Virus record (IMG/VR): IMGVR_UViG_3300020202_000061
Coordinates: 248,001-312,000 of that record
Direction: 5' to 3' (one strand)
DNA length: 64,000 nucleotides
Made by a program: the position numbers and the translations under genes. Positions 44,529 to 53,630 of this stretch are shown one piece after another (position 1 is the stretch's first letter; each line of letters opens with the position of its first letter). The notes below the pieces were generated by a model. That model ran no database searches and was not told the DNA's origin. It worked only from the letters and a program-made list of their open reading frames with translations.

Positions 44529-44852
44529 ATGACCTGGAAAACATTTTGGATTTGCATGACCGTTTGTGTCTGCGGCGTGCTCGGAGTGACTGCGTGGACT
44601 ATAAGGGCAGAGCGTTCTGACCCGGTGGAGCAGAACGTGAAATGCCTCAACGTAATGGATCAACTCGACTCACTCGCCCAACAGGGTCAGCGAAAGATCG
44701 TCATGTTCCAGATCGGCAAACCCATGACCGACGTGGAGATGATCGTGGGCGATCCCGAGGAGGGCGACTGGACCCGCGTAATCGTGCACCAGGATGCGTC
44801 CGCGTGTATTGTCGAGTCGGGGAGGGGTTTGCTTTTGCCAACCCCAGAATAA
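44529..44852 (+). CDS. secreted or membrane-anchored hypothetical protein
   Basis: Signal-like N-terminus; G.WT....AC.V.SG. Confidence 0.7.
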   Translation: MTWKTFWICMTVCVCGVLGVTAWTIRAERSDPVEQNVKCLNVMDQLDSLAQQGQRKIVMFQIGKPMTDVEMIVGDPEEGDWTRVIVHQDASACIVESGRGLLLPTPE

Positions 44853-44891
44853 AGCCTTGACAGAACTCCGGGGAATCCCCATAATTCAGGC

Positions 44892-44969
44892 GTCCTCGTA
44901 GCTCAATTGGATCAGAGCGTTACTTTCCGAAGGTAGAGGTTGTGGGTTCGAGCCCCGCCGAGGACGCCA
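44892..44969 (+). tRNA. tRNA-Arg(CCG)
   Basis: Loop TTCCGAA, CCA; own promoter TTGACA-N17-CATAAT at 44857. Confidence 0.92.
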
Positions 44970-44970
44970 A

Positions 44971-45294
44971 ATGATCAAGTTGATTCTCACCTGCGGCGCA
45001 TGCCCCGAACAGTATGACGCATTCCTGGGCGAAGAGCGCGTAGGTTACCTCCGTCTGCGCCATGGCCGTTTCTACGTGGAATGCCCGGACTCGGGCGGTC
45101 TGCGCGTGTATGAGGCCACACCCAAGGGCGATGGCCTCTTCGACTCGGACGAGCGCGACTATTATCTGGCCCACGCCGTGGCCGCCATCGAGGGCTGGAT
45201 TGCCAGCGGCAAACCGACCCAGATCGGACAGCCCCCGCGCCCGAACGTGCAGTATGAGATCGTGGGTGTTGCTGAGGAATGGGGCATCTATTGA
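44971..45294 (+). CDS. conserved phage hypothetical protein
   Basis: TC.ACPEQYD...VGYLRLRHG...GDG.F...ER. Confidence 0.85.
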   Translation: MIKLILTCGACPEQYDAFLGEERVGYLRLRHGRFYVECPDSGGLRVYEATPKGDGLFDSDERDYYLAHAVAAIEGWIASGKPTQIGQPPRPNVQYEIVGVAEEWGIY

Positions 45295-45521
45295 TGACCT
45301 GGGCAAATCGACTTGGTATTCCAACCGCAGTGATTCTGTTCCTGTTAGCGCAGTGGGCCAACTACGATTACCTGCACGATGTACCGGTCTCGCATTGGGG
45401 CGCGATCAACGGGTGGTTCGTCCTGATTTACACGACCATCGCATTTCCTGGATTTGGGTATCTAATGCTCGGTCTGCTTGGACACTGCATTGACCTTTAC
45501 CTACAAAGGAAATCCAAATGA
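45294..45521 (+). CDS. small membrane protein
   Basis: 2 TM; TGATG coupling. Confidence 0.7.
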   Translation: MTWANRLGIPTAVILFLLAQWANYDYLHDVPVSHWGAINGWFVLIYTTIAFPGFGYLMLGLLGHCIDLYLQRKSK

Positions 45522-45754
45522 TGTGGTTCCGTGATAGCCTCTCAGCCATCGGGTTTGGTGCTGGTCTGGGTCTGAGCATCATCATGGTTTCTCTGATCTA
45601 CCCGCAGATTCCACAGGGATCACCGGATGAGATTCGTCCCCAACTGGTTCTGACCATGGTCGCTCTCGCCGTGGGTCCGGCTATCGTCCTGAGCATCACC
45701 GGATGGTTTTTGGGCTGGATCGGGGACAAGCTCCTGGGTCTATTCACGCGATGA
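45518..45754 (+). CDS. small membrane protein
   Basis: 2 TM. Confidence 0.7.
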   Translation: MMWFRDSLSAIGFGAGLGLSIIMVSLIYPQIPQGSPDEIRPQLVLTMVALAVGPAIVLSITGWFLGWIGDKLLGLFTR

Positions 45755-46314
45755 GAATCTACACGATCAAAGAGGTTCCAGTCACCCAGGAGCACGGAAA
45801 CTGGCATCGAGTTTTCCATATCAGTTTCAACGAGGTCTCGATCCCCAATTATGGTGAATTCGACGACTGGCTTCGTCGTGTTGTCGCGGCCAAGCGTGAT
45901 GGCGGCATCATAGGTCCGATGGATTACTACTATGTGCTGCTGGCCCACTATCAGGGTTGGGTTTCCTGCAATGGATATTCGGGATCATTAGGTGATAGCG
46001 GACCTCGCTTGACCCATTACGAACTTCGCTGTCACCAACCACTGGCTGAGTTGTTCCTCCAGGTCTACTCACTTCCACAGGAAGAGTATGATCGGAATAT
46101 CAAATACCTCAGGGATCGAGAGAATCGTGGTCGTGGATATTTTGACACCAACGAGGAGGTATTCTCATACGGTGATGTGGAGAAACTCGTGGCCGCCCAT
46201 CGTGGGGAAATCCGAACCCTGGAGGAACAGCGTGCGGATTACGAAGCGGCCGAGAAGATTCGCCGCAAAAACGCTCGAAAACCCCGCAAAAAATCCCGTA
46301 GACAATCCCGATAA
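45751..46314 (+). CDS. hypothetical protein
   Basis: ATGA coupling. Confidence 0.7.
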   Translation: MRIYTIKEVPVTQEHGNWHRVFHISFNEVSIPNYGEFDDWLRRVVAAKRDGGIIGPMDYYYVLLAHYQGWVSCNGYSGSLGDSGPRLTHYELRCHQPLAELFLQVYSLPQEEYDRNIKYLRDRENRGRGYFDTNEEVFSYGDVEKLVAAHRGEIRTLEEQRADYEAAEKIRRKNARKPRKKSRRQSR

Positions 46315-46333
46315 TCTGTGTTAGGATCGGGAA

Positions 46334-46636
46334 ATGATCCAGGCAGAGGACCTCATCCAGGAAGGATATTGGCGGAAGCACTACCATACGTTGGTGGATG
46401 ACTTCTACGGCCGAGTTGCCCATTCCAACGACACTTTGGGCCGCATCAAGAAGCAGGCCCGCGAGGACGGCATCGATCCACGTCCGTTGCTGGCTCCGCT
46501 GCTCACGGAGAACACTCAGTTCGATATCGAGTGCAAGGCCCGCGCTCTGCGGGTTGTCCAGATCGGCGCAGATGCGCTGACCCAGCTTGGTTTCACCCTG
46601 GAACAGGTGCGAGAGGCATACAAGTCATGGGCATGA
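46334..46636 (+). CDS. hypothetical protein
   Basis: ORF in gene run. Confidence 0.7.
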   Translation: MIQAEDLIQEGYWRKHYHTLVDDFYGRVAHSNDTLGRIKKQAREDGIDPRPLLAPLLTENTQFDIECKARALRVVQIGADALTQLGFTLEQVREAYKSWA

Positions 46637-46821
46637 GTTCAGCCGAAATGGATTGGCAACCCATCGAGACTGCACCCGAAGGGGTGCTGCTCTGGACCAA
46701 GATCGGTGACGCGATAGGTGTGCGTAACGAGCAGCACCTGATCCGCCAGGGCAATCTCTGGTTCATCCCGGACAGGTCGATGTACGTCTACTATACCCCA
46801 ACGCACTGGAAAATCAGATGA
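46633..46821 (+). CDS. DUF551-like small phage protein
   Basis: WQPIETAP...PTHW. Confidence 0.8.
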   Translation: MSSAEMDWQPIETAPEGVLLWTKIGDAIGVRNEQHLIRQGNLWFIPDRSMYVYYTPTHWKIR

Positions 46822-47219
46822 GCGTGGAACTCGACTTCCTGATCCATCGTATGCCGGGCGTGCCTCCGAAGGGTCTCTGGCTGTGCCACGAGAACATGTA
46901 CGTGGGCACCACCTACAACGCATTCGTCAAGTCATGCGACACCGACGCTCTGCCCAAACAGGTGATCCCGGAGCCGATCTGTTGCCACTTCGACCGGATC
47001 AAGGACGGACCAAACGAGTCCGAATACTGCTACGGCAAGCAGGGCGAGTCCAACTACGGCGGTCCGCTTTACTGGACTTGTGCCAAGGACATCCTGAACC
47101 TCGCCCGAATGCATGTCGAGGACATCAAGGACAACACCCGAATTCAGGCTGCGCTGGCCTATCTCAAGGTTCTCGCCGACAAGGACCCGGATTGGCGTGT
47201 CGTTCTGTGGTGGCACTGA
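46818..47219 (+). CDS. hypothetical protein
   Basis: YG.....YG.PL, AA.AYL..L, V.L.WH. Confidence 0.75.
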   Translation: MSVELDFLIHRMPGVPPKGLWLCHENMYVGTTYNAFVKSCDTDALPKQVIPEPICCHFDRIKDGPNESEYCYGKQGESNYGGPLYWTCAKDILNLARMHVEDIKDNTRIQAALAYLKVLADKDPDWRVVLWWH

Positions 47220-47229
47220 GAGGACCCCA

Positions 47230-47694
47230 ATGACACTCGAAGATGGCTATGTGCCGGTAGCGAAGTTCGGTAAGGATCACTGGTCCACCCTGGCCTATGC
47301 CGAAACCGTCATGGTGGACTGCGGCGGCTTCCAGGTCGGTCTCGATCCGCACATGCGCCAGGGACGCCGCCATTACCGGGTGATGCGGGAGCAGTGCATC
47401 CGTCCGAAACGAATGGGTCGGGTCAGCCCGGACATGGCCATGATCATGGACATGAAATATTCGACCCGTCTCAACGACGGCACCATGGTCGAGAGTCATG
47501 ACGATTGGCACTGTGTGCAGGACATGGCTGAGGCCGGATACTTCCGAGTCGGTGCCGAACCCGCCACAGCAGATCGTGTGGAACCCGGCGTGATCCTGCA
47601 CCTTTCTCCCCTGGGTCGCACTGTGGCCGATGCTCTTCGTCAGCACAAGGCGAACGGCGGCACCTTCTCCACCTTCGTTCCCCCAACCGTCTGA
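47230..47694 (+). CDS. hypothetical protein
   Basis: FGKDHWSTLAY.E, Y.TRL, HDDW.C..D, LR.HKA.GG. Confidence 0.8.
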   Translation: MTLEDGYVPVAKFGKDHWSTLAYAETVMVDCGGFQVGLDPHMRQGRRHYRVMREQCIRPKRMGRVSPDMAMIMDMKYSTRLNDGTMVESHDDWHCVQDMAEAGYFRVGAEPATADRVEPGVILHLSPLGRTVADALRQHKANGGTFSTFVPPTV

Positions 47695-47700
47695 GGTTCT

Positions 47701-48702
47701 ATGGGTCAGTATCACATGCCGGTCAGTTTGACCGCGAAAGAATTCCTCTACAGCCACGAACTGGATTGCGGGCTGAAAGCCTGGGAGATCATCGCCAACG
47801 GCGAATCGATCTGTGCCGCCGTAGCCGGATTGATCGCGGTGAATCCCGGCAATGCCCCGGCCGATCTCTCCAACAACCTCTATGTCGGGCGTTGGGCCGG
47901 TCATCGGCTGCTCTGCGTCGGAGACTACGCGGAGAATTCGGACGCCGCCAACATCCCCAACTATGATGGGCCGCCCCTGGGCGATCTCTACGGGATGTGC
48001 GACACGGACAATCTTTTGCCCAAGCCCACCCGGAAGGGCGACGGGCGTGACCCGAATATGTTCTACAACATCACGCCCCAATTGCGCGGGCTGATCGAGC
48101 AAGCGTGTTCGGTTCGCTTCGTTCCGCACGATTGGTCCCTCAAGAACACTGAGACCGGCGAGATCACCACCAACACCAGTTTCACCCGTGTGCAGGTGAA
48201 ATCACGGGCACGCCGTGGTGAGGATGAATTCGGTCACTATGATCTGCTCGGCATCGAGGACAAGAACACTCTGGACTACTATAAGCGGGTGATGCCGAAC
48301 TTCGCCGACTCACCCTGGGATCGAGCGCCCGGTGATGGCTCCAGCCATGGCATCGGTGATGACGAGATCGACCAGGGTCAGACCCGCGTGTTCGCGAACC
48401 TCGACACCCACGAGTTCATTGATCCCATCGCGTTCGGTGAGGTCGCCACATTGGCCGGGATTATGCGCGGCGATTGGGGCTCCGCCAGTGCGTTGCTCGG
48501 CATGTTGTTCGAACCAGACCGGCGCGGGGGTGGCGATCTCTACTCGGAGTCCCGCCTGATCGGTCACTGGCGGAACGGTCGGCTGATCGCGTCGAGCGAA
48601 TACGAGTCCAAGGATTTTCCCTCGACCGATTTCATCCGGAAGAACTGGACAAATCTCTCCAAGGACGCGGTCAAATTCATCGCCAAAGAGAAGAAATCCT
48701 GA
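47701..48702 (+). CDS. conserved phage protein (MGQY family), two-repeat architecture
   Basis: MGQY..V.L..KE, GLK..E, GRWAG.R...GDY; second repeat NLD..EF...GGGD...GHW.NGRL. Confidence 0.75.
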   Translation: MGQYHMPVSLTAKEFLYSHELDCGLKAWEIIANGESICAAVAGLIAVNPGNAPADLSNNLYVGRWAGHRLLCVGDYAENSDAANIPNYDGPPLGDLYGMCDTDNLLPKPTRKGDGRDPNMFYNITPQLRGLIEQACSVRFVPHDWSLKNTETGEITTNTSFTRVQVKSRARRGEDEFGHYDLLGIEDKNTLDYYKRVMPNFADSPWDRAPGDGSSHGIGDDEIDQGQTRVFANLDTHEFIDPIAFGEVATLAGIMRGDWGSASALLGMLFEPDRRGGGDLYSESRLIGHWRNGRLIASSEYESKDFPSTDFIRKNWTNLSKDAVKFIAKEKKS

Positions 48703-48726
48703 GGACCACACTCGACTTCTTTTGAA

Positions 48727-48927
48727 ATGAGTCGGAAAGATAAACAACGAGAGACATTCAAAGCCGCATACGGCTATCTGTTCCTGCCGTCCAACGCAGC
48801 CAACCAACGAGCCTGGATCGCGGTGAAAGAGGTTCCGGAACCAGAACGGTCTAATCTGATCTCCGCGATGATGGCAGCGTGTTACGCCAAACTCGACATC
48901 AAGAAATCAAAACTCAAAGAGACCTAA
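48727..48927 (+). CDS. hypothetical protein
   Basis: ORF in gene run. Confidence 0.6.
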   Translation: MSRKDKQRETFKAAYGYLFLPSNAANQRAWIAVKEVPEPERSNLISAMMAACYAKLDIKKSKLKET

Positions 48928-48971
48928 TCTGACCGGAATCCCCGCCTATATACCGGGTGGGGGTGGCGTGG

Positions 48972-49457
48972 ATGAGGGACGATCAGCGCAGTAAAATTTA
49001 CACCTGGGAATGGGCCGTCGTTCCGCATTGGGATACGACAAAGGTTTTCTATAAGAACGCGCAGGAAATAGTAAATTTAATCTGGCTGGAAGAGGGATTC
49101 AAATATCCTCCGACGATCACGACGCTTCGTCCGAACGCCACGGCGACCGCAGCGAAAGCAGTTCGAGAGGGCAACACGTTAACGATTCAGATCAAGAGGA
49201 AGCGGCGTACCCGCGCGTTCATCCTGATTCACGAAATCGCCCACCACATGCTGGAGAAGTCCAAGTGGGTGGATACCGAACCCGACCACGGACCGAAATT
49301 CGTGGGAATCTACATGAAATTGCTGCGGAAATACCTCAATATCCCCCTGATTCATCTGATGGTTCGGGCTCATCAACACGGGGTTCGTTACAATCTCCGC
49401 GCCAAACCCACCGTGGGGCGGTTAGAACGCGCCAGAGACCGCAAGAAGGCGGCCTAG
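48972..49457 (+). CDS. zincin (SprT-like) metallopeptidase-domain protein
   Basis: RD.QRS..Y.WE, LIHEIAHH, HGPKF. Confidence 0.8.
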   Translation: MRDDQRSKIYTWEWAVVPHWDTTKVFYKNAQEIVNLIWLEEGFKYPPTITTLRPNATATAAKAVREGNTLTIQIKRKRRTRAFILIHEIAHHMLEKSKWVDTEPDHGPKFVGIYMKLLRKYLNIPLIHLMVRAHQHGVRYNLRAKPTVGRLERARDRKKAA

Positions 49458-49876
49458 AGCTTCCACCCATTCAGGGTGGCCAAATAGGTCAGGAGGCGCT
49501 GGCGGTCAGAATTCCCCGCTATGGGGATATCCTGGTGGAATCGGTCGGGCCGTGCGTATCCGAGCATGACCATGAGGTCCTTGAACCCGGTCTGAACCTG
49601 GATGTTGCCGTGGACACCCATTTGGTGGGCCATGCGGACCAACCCCATGAAGGTGCGGGTGCGCTCGTATTCGGTCTCCCTGGGAAGGCGACGGTGTTCC
49701 AGGTCCCAGTAAGCCTGTCGGGCGTCGGGTTTAGCCATGATGAGGCGGAATTTCGGACGGATTTGGCGGAAGGTCAACGCGACCGGACCCGGCACAGGAA
49801 TCTTGCGGGCGATGGTTTGTCGAACACGACCGGGAACTTCCGCATCAGGGCGGCTATAAATCTCAAACAGATTCAT
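49454..49876 (-). CDS. hypothetical late protein
   Basis: Coupled to the amidoligase gene; N-terminus MNLFE. Confidence 0.7.
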   Translation of the reverse strand: MNLFEIYSRPDAEVPGRVRQTIARKIPVPGPVALTFRQIRPKFRLIMAKPDARQAYWDLEHRRLPRETEYERTRTFMGLVRMAHQMGVHGNIQVQTGFKDLMVMLGYARPDRFHQDIPIAGNSDRQRLLTYLATLNGWKL

Positions 49877-51321
49877 TCTGCTGCTTTCGGATAGAATTGC
49901 TTGGCACGGTAGAGTTGCTCGAAATGCTTGCGGCCGGTCTCGACCGCGACCTTATAGAGCTTGGTCAGAAACTCCTTGCGATAGACCTCGGGAGTGGTGG
50001 CCACGTACATCATCACGATCAGTTGTAGACAAGTGTCCTCGATCTCGGACCAACGATCCTCGTAGTCGGAGTTGCCTGCGGCACGAAACTCGATGTAGCC
50101 CTGATCTAGTTTGGTCAGGTTGACCCGGAAGTATTTCTGTTTGGGTACGGCACGACGAAACAATTCGATCACCTTTTGGATGTCCTGCTGGTTCAGTCTG
50201 ATCCGACCACCAAGATTCGAGAGCACGCGCATAAGCTCGGCTTTGTTCCGGGCGAAGTTCTGCACCATTTGGTAATAGGTCTGTGCGGCCATTACCCCGC
50301 TGTTCACGGCGTGACCCTCACCCTTATTGAATTGGAGACGGTCGTAATTCTGTGCGATGTAGGCGTCTCCCATCAGGAACAACAGCTTCACGTAATCCAC
50401 ATCAGCACCAGCCTTGCCAATGTTGATGTGCAAACCCGTAGCCTGATTCGTCTCGGCTTGAGTTCCAGGAATGTGCCGACCGATGTTCTGGATGAACAGG
50501 AGCACCTTGTGCAAGGCTTTCAAACCTTCTGCCGCAGGCTTAATCGGTGAGACCACCTCGACACCGACCATGCCTTGTTCCCATAGCTCGTTGATGTCCA
50601 GTGAGTTGTCCATGGTAACGGCCCAGGTCGAGTAGTTGTGGGTCTTCGTCTTGGTATCGCCCCGCATCAACCGCACCACCACGGGTTCACCCAGATACTC
50701 CTCAAGCGCCTCGGCGATTACCTGATAGAGAACCTCGATCTGAACATGACTGTCATTGGGATCGAAATTCTGATCCTCCTCACCGATCATGAACTGCCTG
50801 TAGCTCTCATCATCGAGGTTCTTATAGGCGACCATCCCCACACGATCACCTTTCGCGATAAGACGTTTGATCTTGCGCAGGGCAGTTTCATCCTCGATGT
50901 CGAAACCCTCATCCGGCCACACACGAAGAGCCGTGATCAAGCCGTAGGGTTTGAACTTCTTGACCAACGCCCCAAACATATCCCGGAACTTGGTCTGTCC
51001 GGCCTCGGGGAAATTGGCCTGAAATAGACGGTCCATGCGCTCGCGGACGATCTCTTGATTGTCCTGTCCCAGACCTTCCGCACCGAGCGGGGTGAAACTC
51101 TTCAACAGATCGTACCACCGGAGGTCTCCCAGCTTCTTCACGTACCAGAAACGATCCTTGCTGCGACTGGAATTCTTCTTGTAGAGACCGGCCATTCTCT
51201 TGGCCGCGTTCAACACGTAGAACTCCGTCTCGAATCCCATCGTCATGTTGGGATCGGCCAGAGCCTGATTGATTAGGGCTTGCCGGACCTTGGCCCCCTC
51301 GAAGAGAATCGGGTTTGTCAT
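49873..51321 (-). CDS. amidoligase-family (COOH-NH2 ligase) protein
   Basis: GFETE, DNSL, GVEVVSP, TGLHINIG, KY..VN, YIEFR.AG; TAAATA upstream. Confidence 0.8.
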   Translation of the reverse strand: MTNPILFEGAKVRQALINQALADPNMTMGFETEFYVLNAAKRMAGLYKKNSSRSKDRFWYVKKLGDLRWYDLLKSFTPLGAEGLGQDNQEIVRERMDRLFQANFPEAGQTKFRDMFGALVKKFKPYGLITALRVWPDEGFDIEDETALRKIKRLIAKGDRVGMVAYKNLDDESYRQFMIGEEDQNFDPNDSHVQIEVLYQVIAEALEEYLGEPVVVRLMRGDTKTKTHNYSTWAVTMDNSLDINELWEQGMVGVEVVSPIKPAAEGLKALHKVLLFIQNIGRHIPGTQAETNQATGLHINIGKAGADVDYVKLLFLMGDAYIAQNYDRLQFNKGEGHAVNSGVMAAQTYYQMVQNFARNKAELMRVLSNLGGRIRLNQQDIQKVIELFRRAVPKQKYFRVNLTKLDQGYIEFRAAGNSDYEDRWSEIEDTCLQLIVMMYVATTPEVYRKEFLTKLYKVAVETGRKHFEQLYRAKQFYPKAAE

Positions 51322-51354
51322 TGAACATATTTAGGATTTCCCTACATAGGAACC

Positions 51355-51786
51355 ATGACTAGAGAACCCGTATTCTCGTTGACCCGAAAGGATTTTCGCC
51401 TGGAATGGTTTAGTGGCACCGGACCGGGCGGTCAAAACCGCAACAAGGTTCAGGCGTGTTGCCGAATCACCCATATCGCCACGGGTATCCAGGCGACCTG
51501 CCAGGAACACCGTGAACGCTCCAAAAACCAAAAAGCCGCGTTCAAGGTCCTGGTTGAGCGTCTGATGCCGTGGATCGAGGAACAGGTCAACGGGAAACGT
51601 CCCGATTATAACCCCCAGACCGATACGATTCGCACCTATCACGTCGCGGATAATCGTGTGAAGGATCACGATTCGGGTTATCGTCAGACCTGGGATGAGG
51701 TCGAACGCGATCTATCCAAGATGATTGAGGCTCGCCTTCAACAAAAAGTCCGCACCGAACTTGAAAAACAACAGGACGAATCCTAA
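51355..51786 (+). CDS. class I release-factor-like peptidyl-tRNA hydrolase (GGQ domain only)
   Basis: SGTGPGGQNRNK, RITH..TGI, N...A...L, IRTY....NRVKDH. Confidence 0.9.
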   Translation: MTREPVFSLTRKDFRLEWFSGTGPGGQNRNKVQACCRITHIATGIQATCQEHRERSKNQKAAFKVLVERLMPWIEEQVNGKRPDYNPQTDTIRTYHVADNRVKDHDSGYRQTWDEVERDLSKMIEARLQQKVRTELEKQQDES

Positions 51787-51816
51787 TATTCATGGGGATA
51801 CGTGAGGTGGGGAAAC

Positions 51817-52149
51817 ATGAAGCTGACTCGTCGAGGCACCCGAGCGGGGACCAAGCCGGAAACTGAAAGGCCGGAAGAGCCTACGGTTTCGGTTCACAAG
51901 CATGCGTCGATGACACTGTCGATTCCGGGCGAGCAGATCGTCAACCTCCTCAAGGAGGTCCTTCTCGAACACCTTCCCGAAGGTGTGATGCCACCTGTCG
52001 CTCTTAGCGATGTGAACCTGGAATTCCATATCGAGGATTCCGAGGGGAATCAGACCTGCGGCACCCTGGATACGTTGGAGTTCTCCTACCACATCTACGA
52101 GAACACCAAGGGTGAGGTCGTGTTCAAGTTTCCGTTGGTGAAGAAATGA
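51817..52149 (+). CDS. hypothetical protein
   Basis: SD GGGG before MKLTRRG. Confidence 0.65.
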   Translation: MKLTRRGTRAGTKPETERPEEPTVSVHKHASMTLSIPGEQIVNLLKEVLLEHLPEGVMPPVALSDVNLEFHIEDSEGNQTCGTLDTLEFSYHIYENTKGEVVFKFPLVKK

Positions 52150-52364
52150 CCTTCACCGTCACACTGATTGATTTATGGTGGGTTCTGCCCACGTTGGTGA
52201 CCCTGATCTCTTGGGGTGTAGCCATTTGGTTCTATAACGACGAAATGAAGGGAGCCCGTTTTACTCTCCCCTGGTTCGTCAATCCAATCTTTTGGTTCGG
52301 TGCTCTTATTGCCTCGGTCCTGAGCCTGGGTTCGTGGATCATTTATCTCCTGGTGCATTCATGA
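52146..52364 (+). CDS. small 2-TM protein (paralog 1)
   Basis: WWVLPTLVT...W..Y. Confidence 0.75.
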   Translation: MTFTVTLIDLWWVLPTLVTLISWGVAIWFYNDEMKGARFTLPWFVNPIFWFGALIASVLSLGSWIIYLLVHS

Positions 52365-52567
52365 CGAATACTCCCGCGATCCTCGATTATGTTTGGGTGA
52401 TTCCCACCCTGATCACCATCAGCATGTGGGCCTGGGTTATTTTGACTCCGGCCGAAGAAACGAAGAGCGATGTGATGTGGCTTCCCGATCCTATGCCGTT
52501 GGTTCGTGGTGCAGTCGCAGCAATCGTCAGTCTCGCGGTATGGCTGATCTACTTCATCATTTTCTGA
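52361..52567 (+). CDS. small 2-TM protein (paralog 2)
   Basis: WVIPTLIT...WLIY. Confidence 0.75.
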   Translation: MTNTPAILDYVWVIPTLITISMWAWVILTPAEETKSDVMWLPDPMPLVRGAVAAIVSLAVWLIYFIIF

Positions 52568-52743
52568 TGTCATCCATTGTATTCCCGATTGTTCTGACCG
52601 TGCTCCTCTGGCTTTGGGCCTGGACACAACCCCGATTGGACATGCAGTCACTCGTCTCCATGGTGATAGCAATCAACGGGACCATTGGTATCTGGGTGAT
52701 CTATTTCGTCACCCTCGGCATTTACCATCTGAGCATTACATGA
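52567..52743 (+). CDS. small 2-TM protein (paralog 3)
   Basis: IVFPIVLT...WVIY. Confidence 0.7.
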   Translation: MSSIVFPIVLTVLLWLWAWTQPRLDMQSLVSMVIAINGTIGIWVIYFVTLGIYHLSIT

Positions 52744-52979
52744 ACCACATCTTCAACATGAATGATGTATTTCGGGTCGCTCGGGCCTGGGCCGATATGG
52801 ATGGAAAACTCCAAGAATTCGATACTGAACGCGACCGGTTCCATGCGGAATTCGTGGATTTTCTAACCGATGATCTTCAAATGCCGGTCTATGATGAGTA
52901 CACCGATAAGGCTCAGGAATTGCTGGAAAAAGCCTACGGTCCCGAATCCATTCGGTTGATCGAAGTGATCATGCACTAA
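52740..52979 (+). CDS. hypothetical protein
   Basis: VARAWA..DGK...F. Confidence 0.7.
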   Translation: MNHIFNMNDVFRVARAWADMDGKLQEFDTERDRFHAEFVDFLTDDLQMPVYDEYTDKAQELLEKAYGPESIRLIEVIMH

Positions 52980-52982
52980 TCC

Positions 52983-53011
52983 TTGACATTTCCTGGAGTT
53001 TCCAGTATAAA
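52983..53011 (+). promoter_or_regulatory. early promoter
   Basis: TTGACA-TTTCCTGGAGTTTCCAG-TATAAA. Confidence 0.75.
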
Positions 53012-53033
53012 TGGGGTTCAGATAGGAGCCCCG

Positions 53034-53222
53034 ATGAAGACCACGGACATTGAAAGCCTGACCAACTCTGTGCTCCAGGCTATCGAGAAGGAGTTCCGAA
53101 AGAACGACATGGGTGGTGCTTTCCACCGCCAGTCGGCGATACTCCGGACGATGATCCGTGCCAATGTCTCCATCGTCGTGGCCGACCACAAGGCCCATAC
53201 CCGGAAACAGGTGAAGAAATGA
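53034..53222 (+). CDS. hypothetical protein
   Basis: SD AGGAG. Confidence 0.7.
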   Translation: MKTTDIESLTNSVLQAIEKEFRKNDMGGAFHRQSAILRTMIRANVSIVVADHKAHTRKQVKK

Positions 53223-53458
53223 GCGGCGAGAACCGCGTAGCCCTGCTCCGGGCGGTCGGCGGCGATCCCAGCGCCGTTGTGGTGCGGACACCCGAGGCGG
53301 CGCTCCAGGTCCTACTCCGGGCCAAGGTCACCGTGACGTTCGGGAGCGAGTCCATCACGACCACGGCCGGTGACGAAGTGTTTTACGACCAGTTCGGTTG
53401 GGATGTCACGTCGGCGCTGGAAGCGCTGGCCCAACAGGTGGCCAATCGGAGGACCTAG
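53219..53458 (+). CDS. hypothetical protein
   Basis: ATGA coupling. Confidence 0.7.
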   Translation: MSGENRVALLRAVGGDPSAVVVRTPEAALQVLLRAKVTVTFGSESITTTAGDEVFYDQFGWDVTSALEALAQQVANRRT

Positions 53459-53459
53459 G

Positions 53460-53630
53460 ATGACACCGGTTCGTGAACTGCAACAGCAGTGTCGGCTGTT
53501 CCACGCCGATATGGAGCAGCGCAAGGCTGAGGTTTGCCGCGAGCGCCGCACCATGACGGTCGGCGTGTTCATCATCACGGCGCTCCTGCTCGGGGCGTTC
53601 GGGGCCAAACTACTGACGGGGTTATTCTGA
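53460..53630 (+). CDS. small C-terminal TM protein
   Basis: SD GGAGG. Confidence 0.65.
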   Translation: MTPVRELQQQCRLFHADMEQRKAEVCRERRTMTVGVFIITALLLGAFGAKLLTGLF

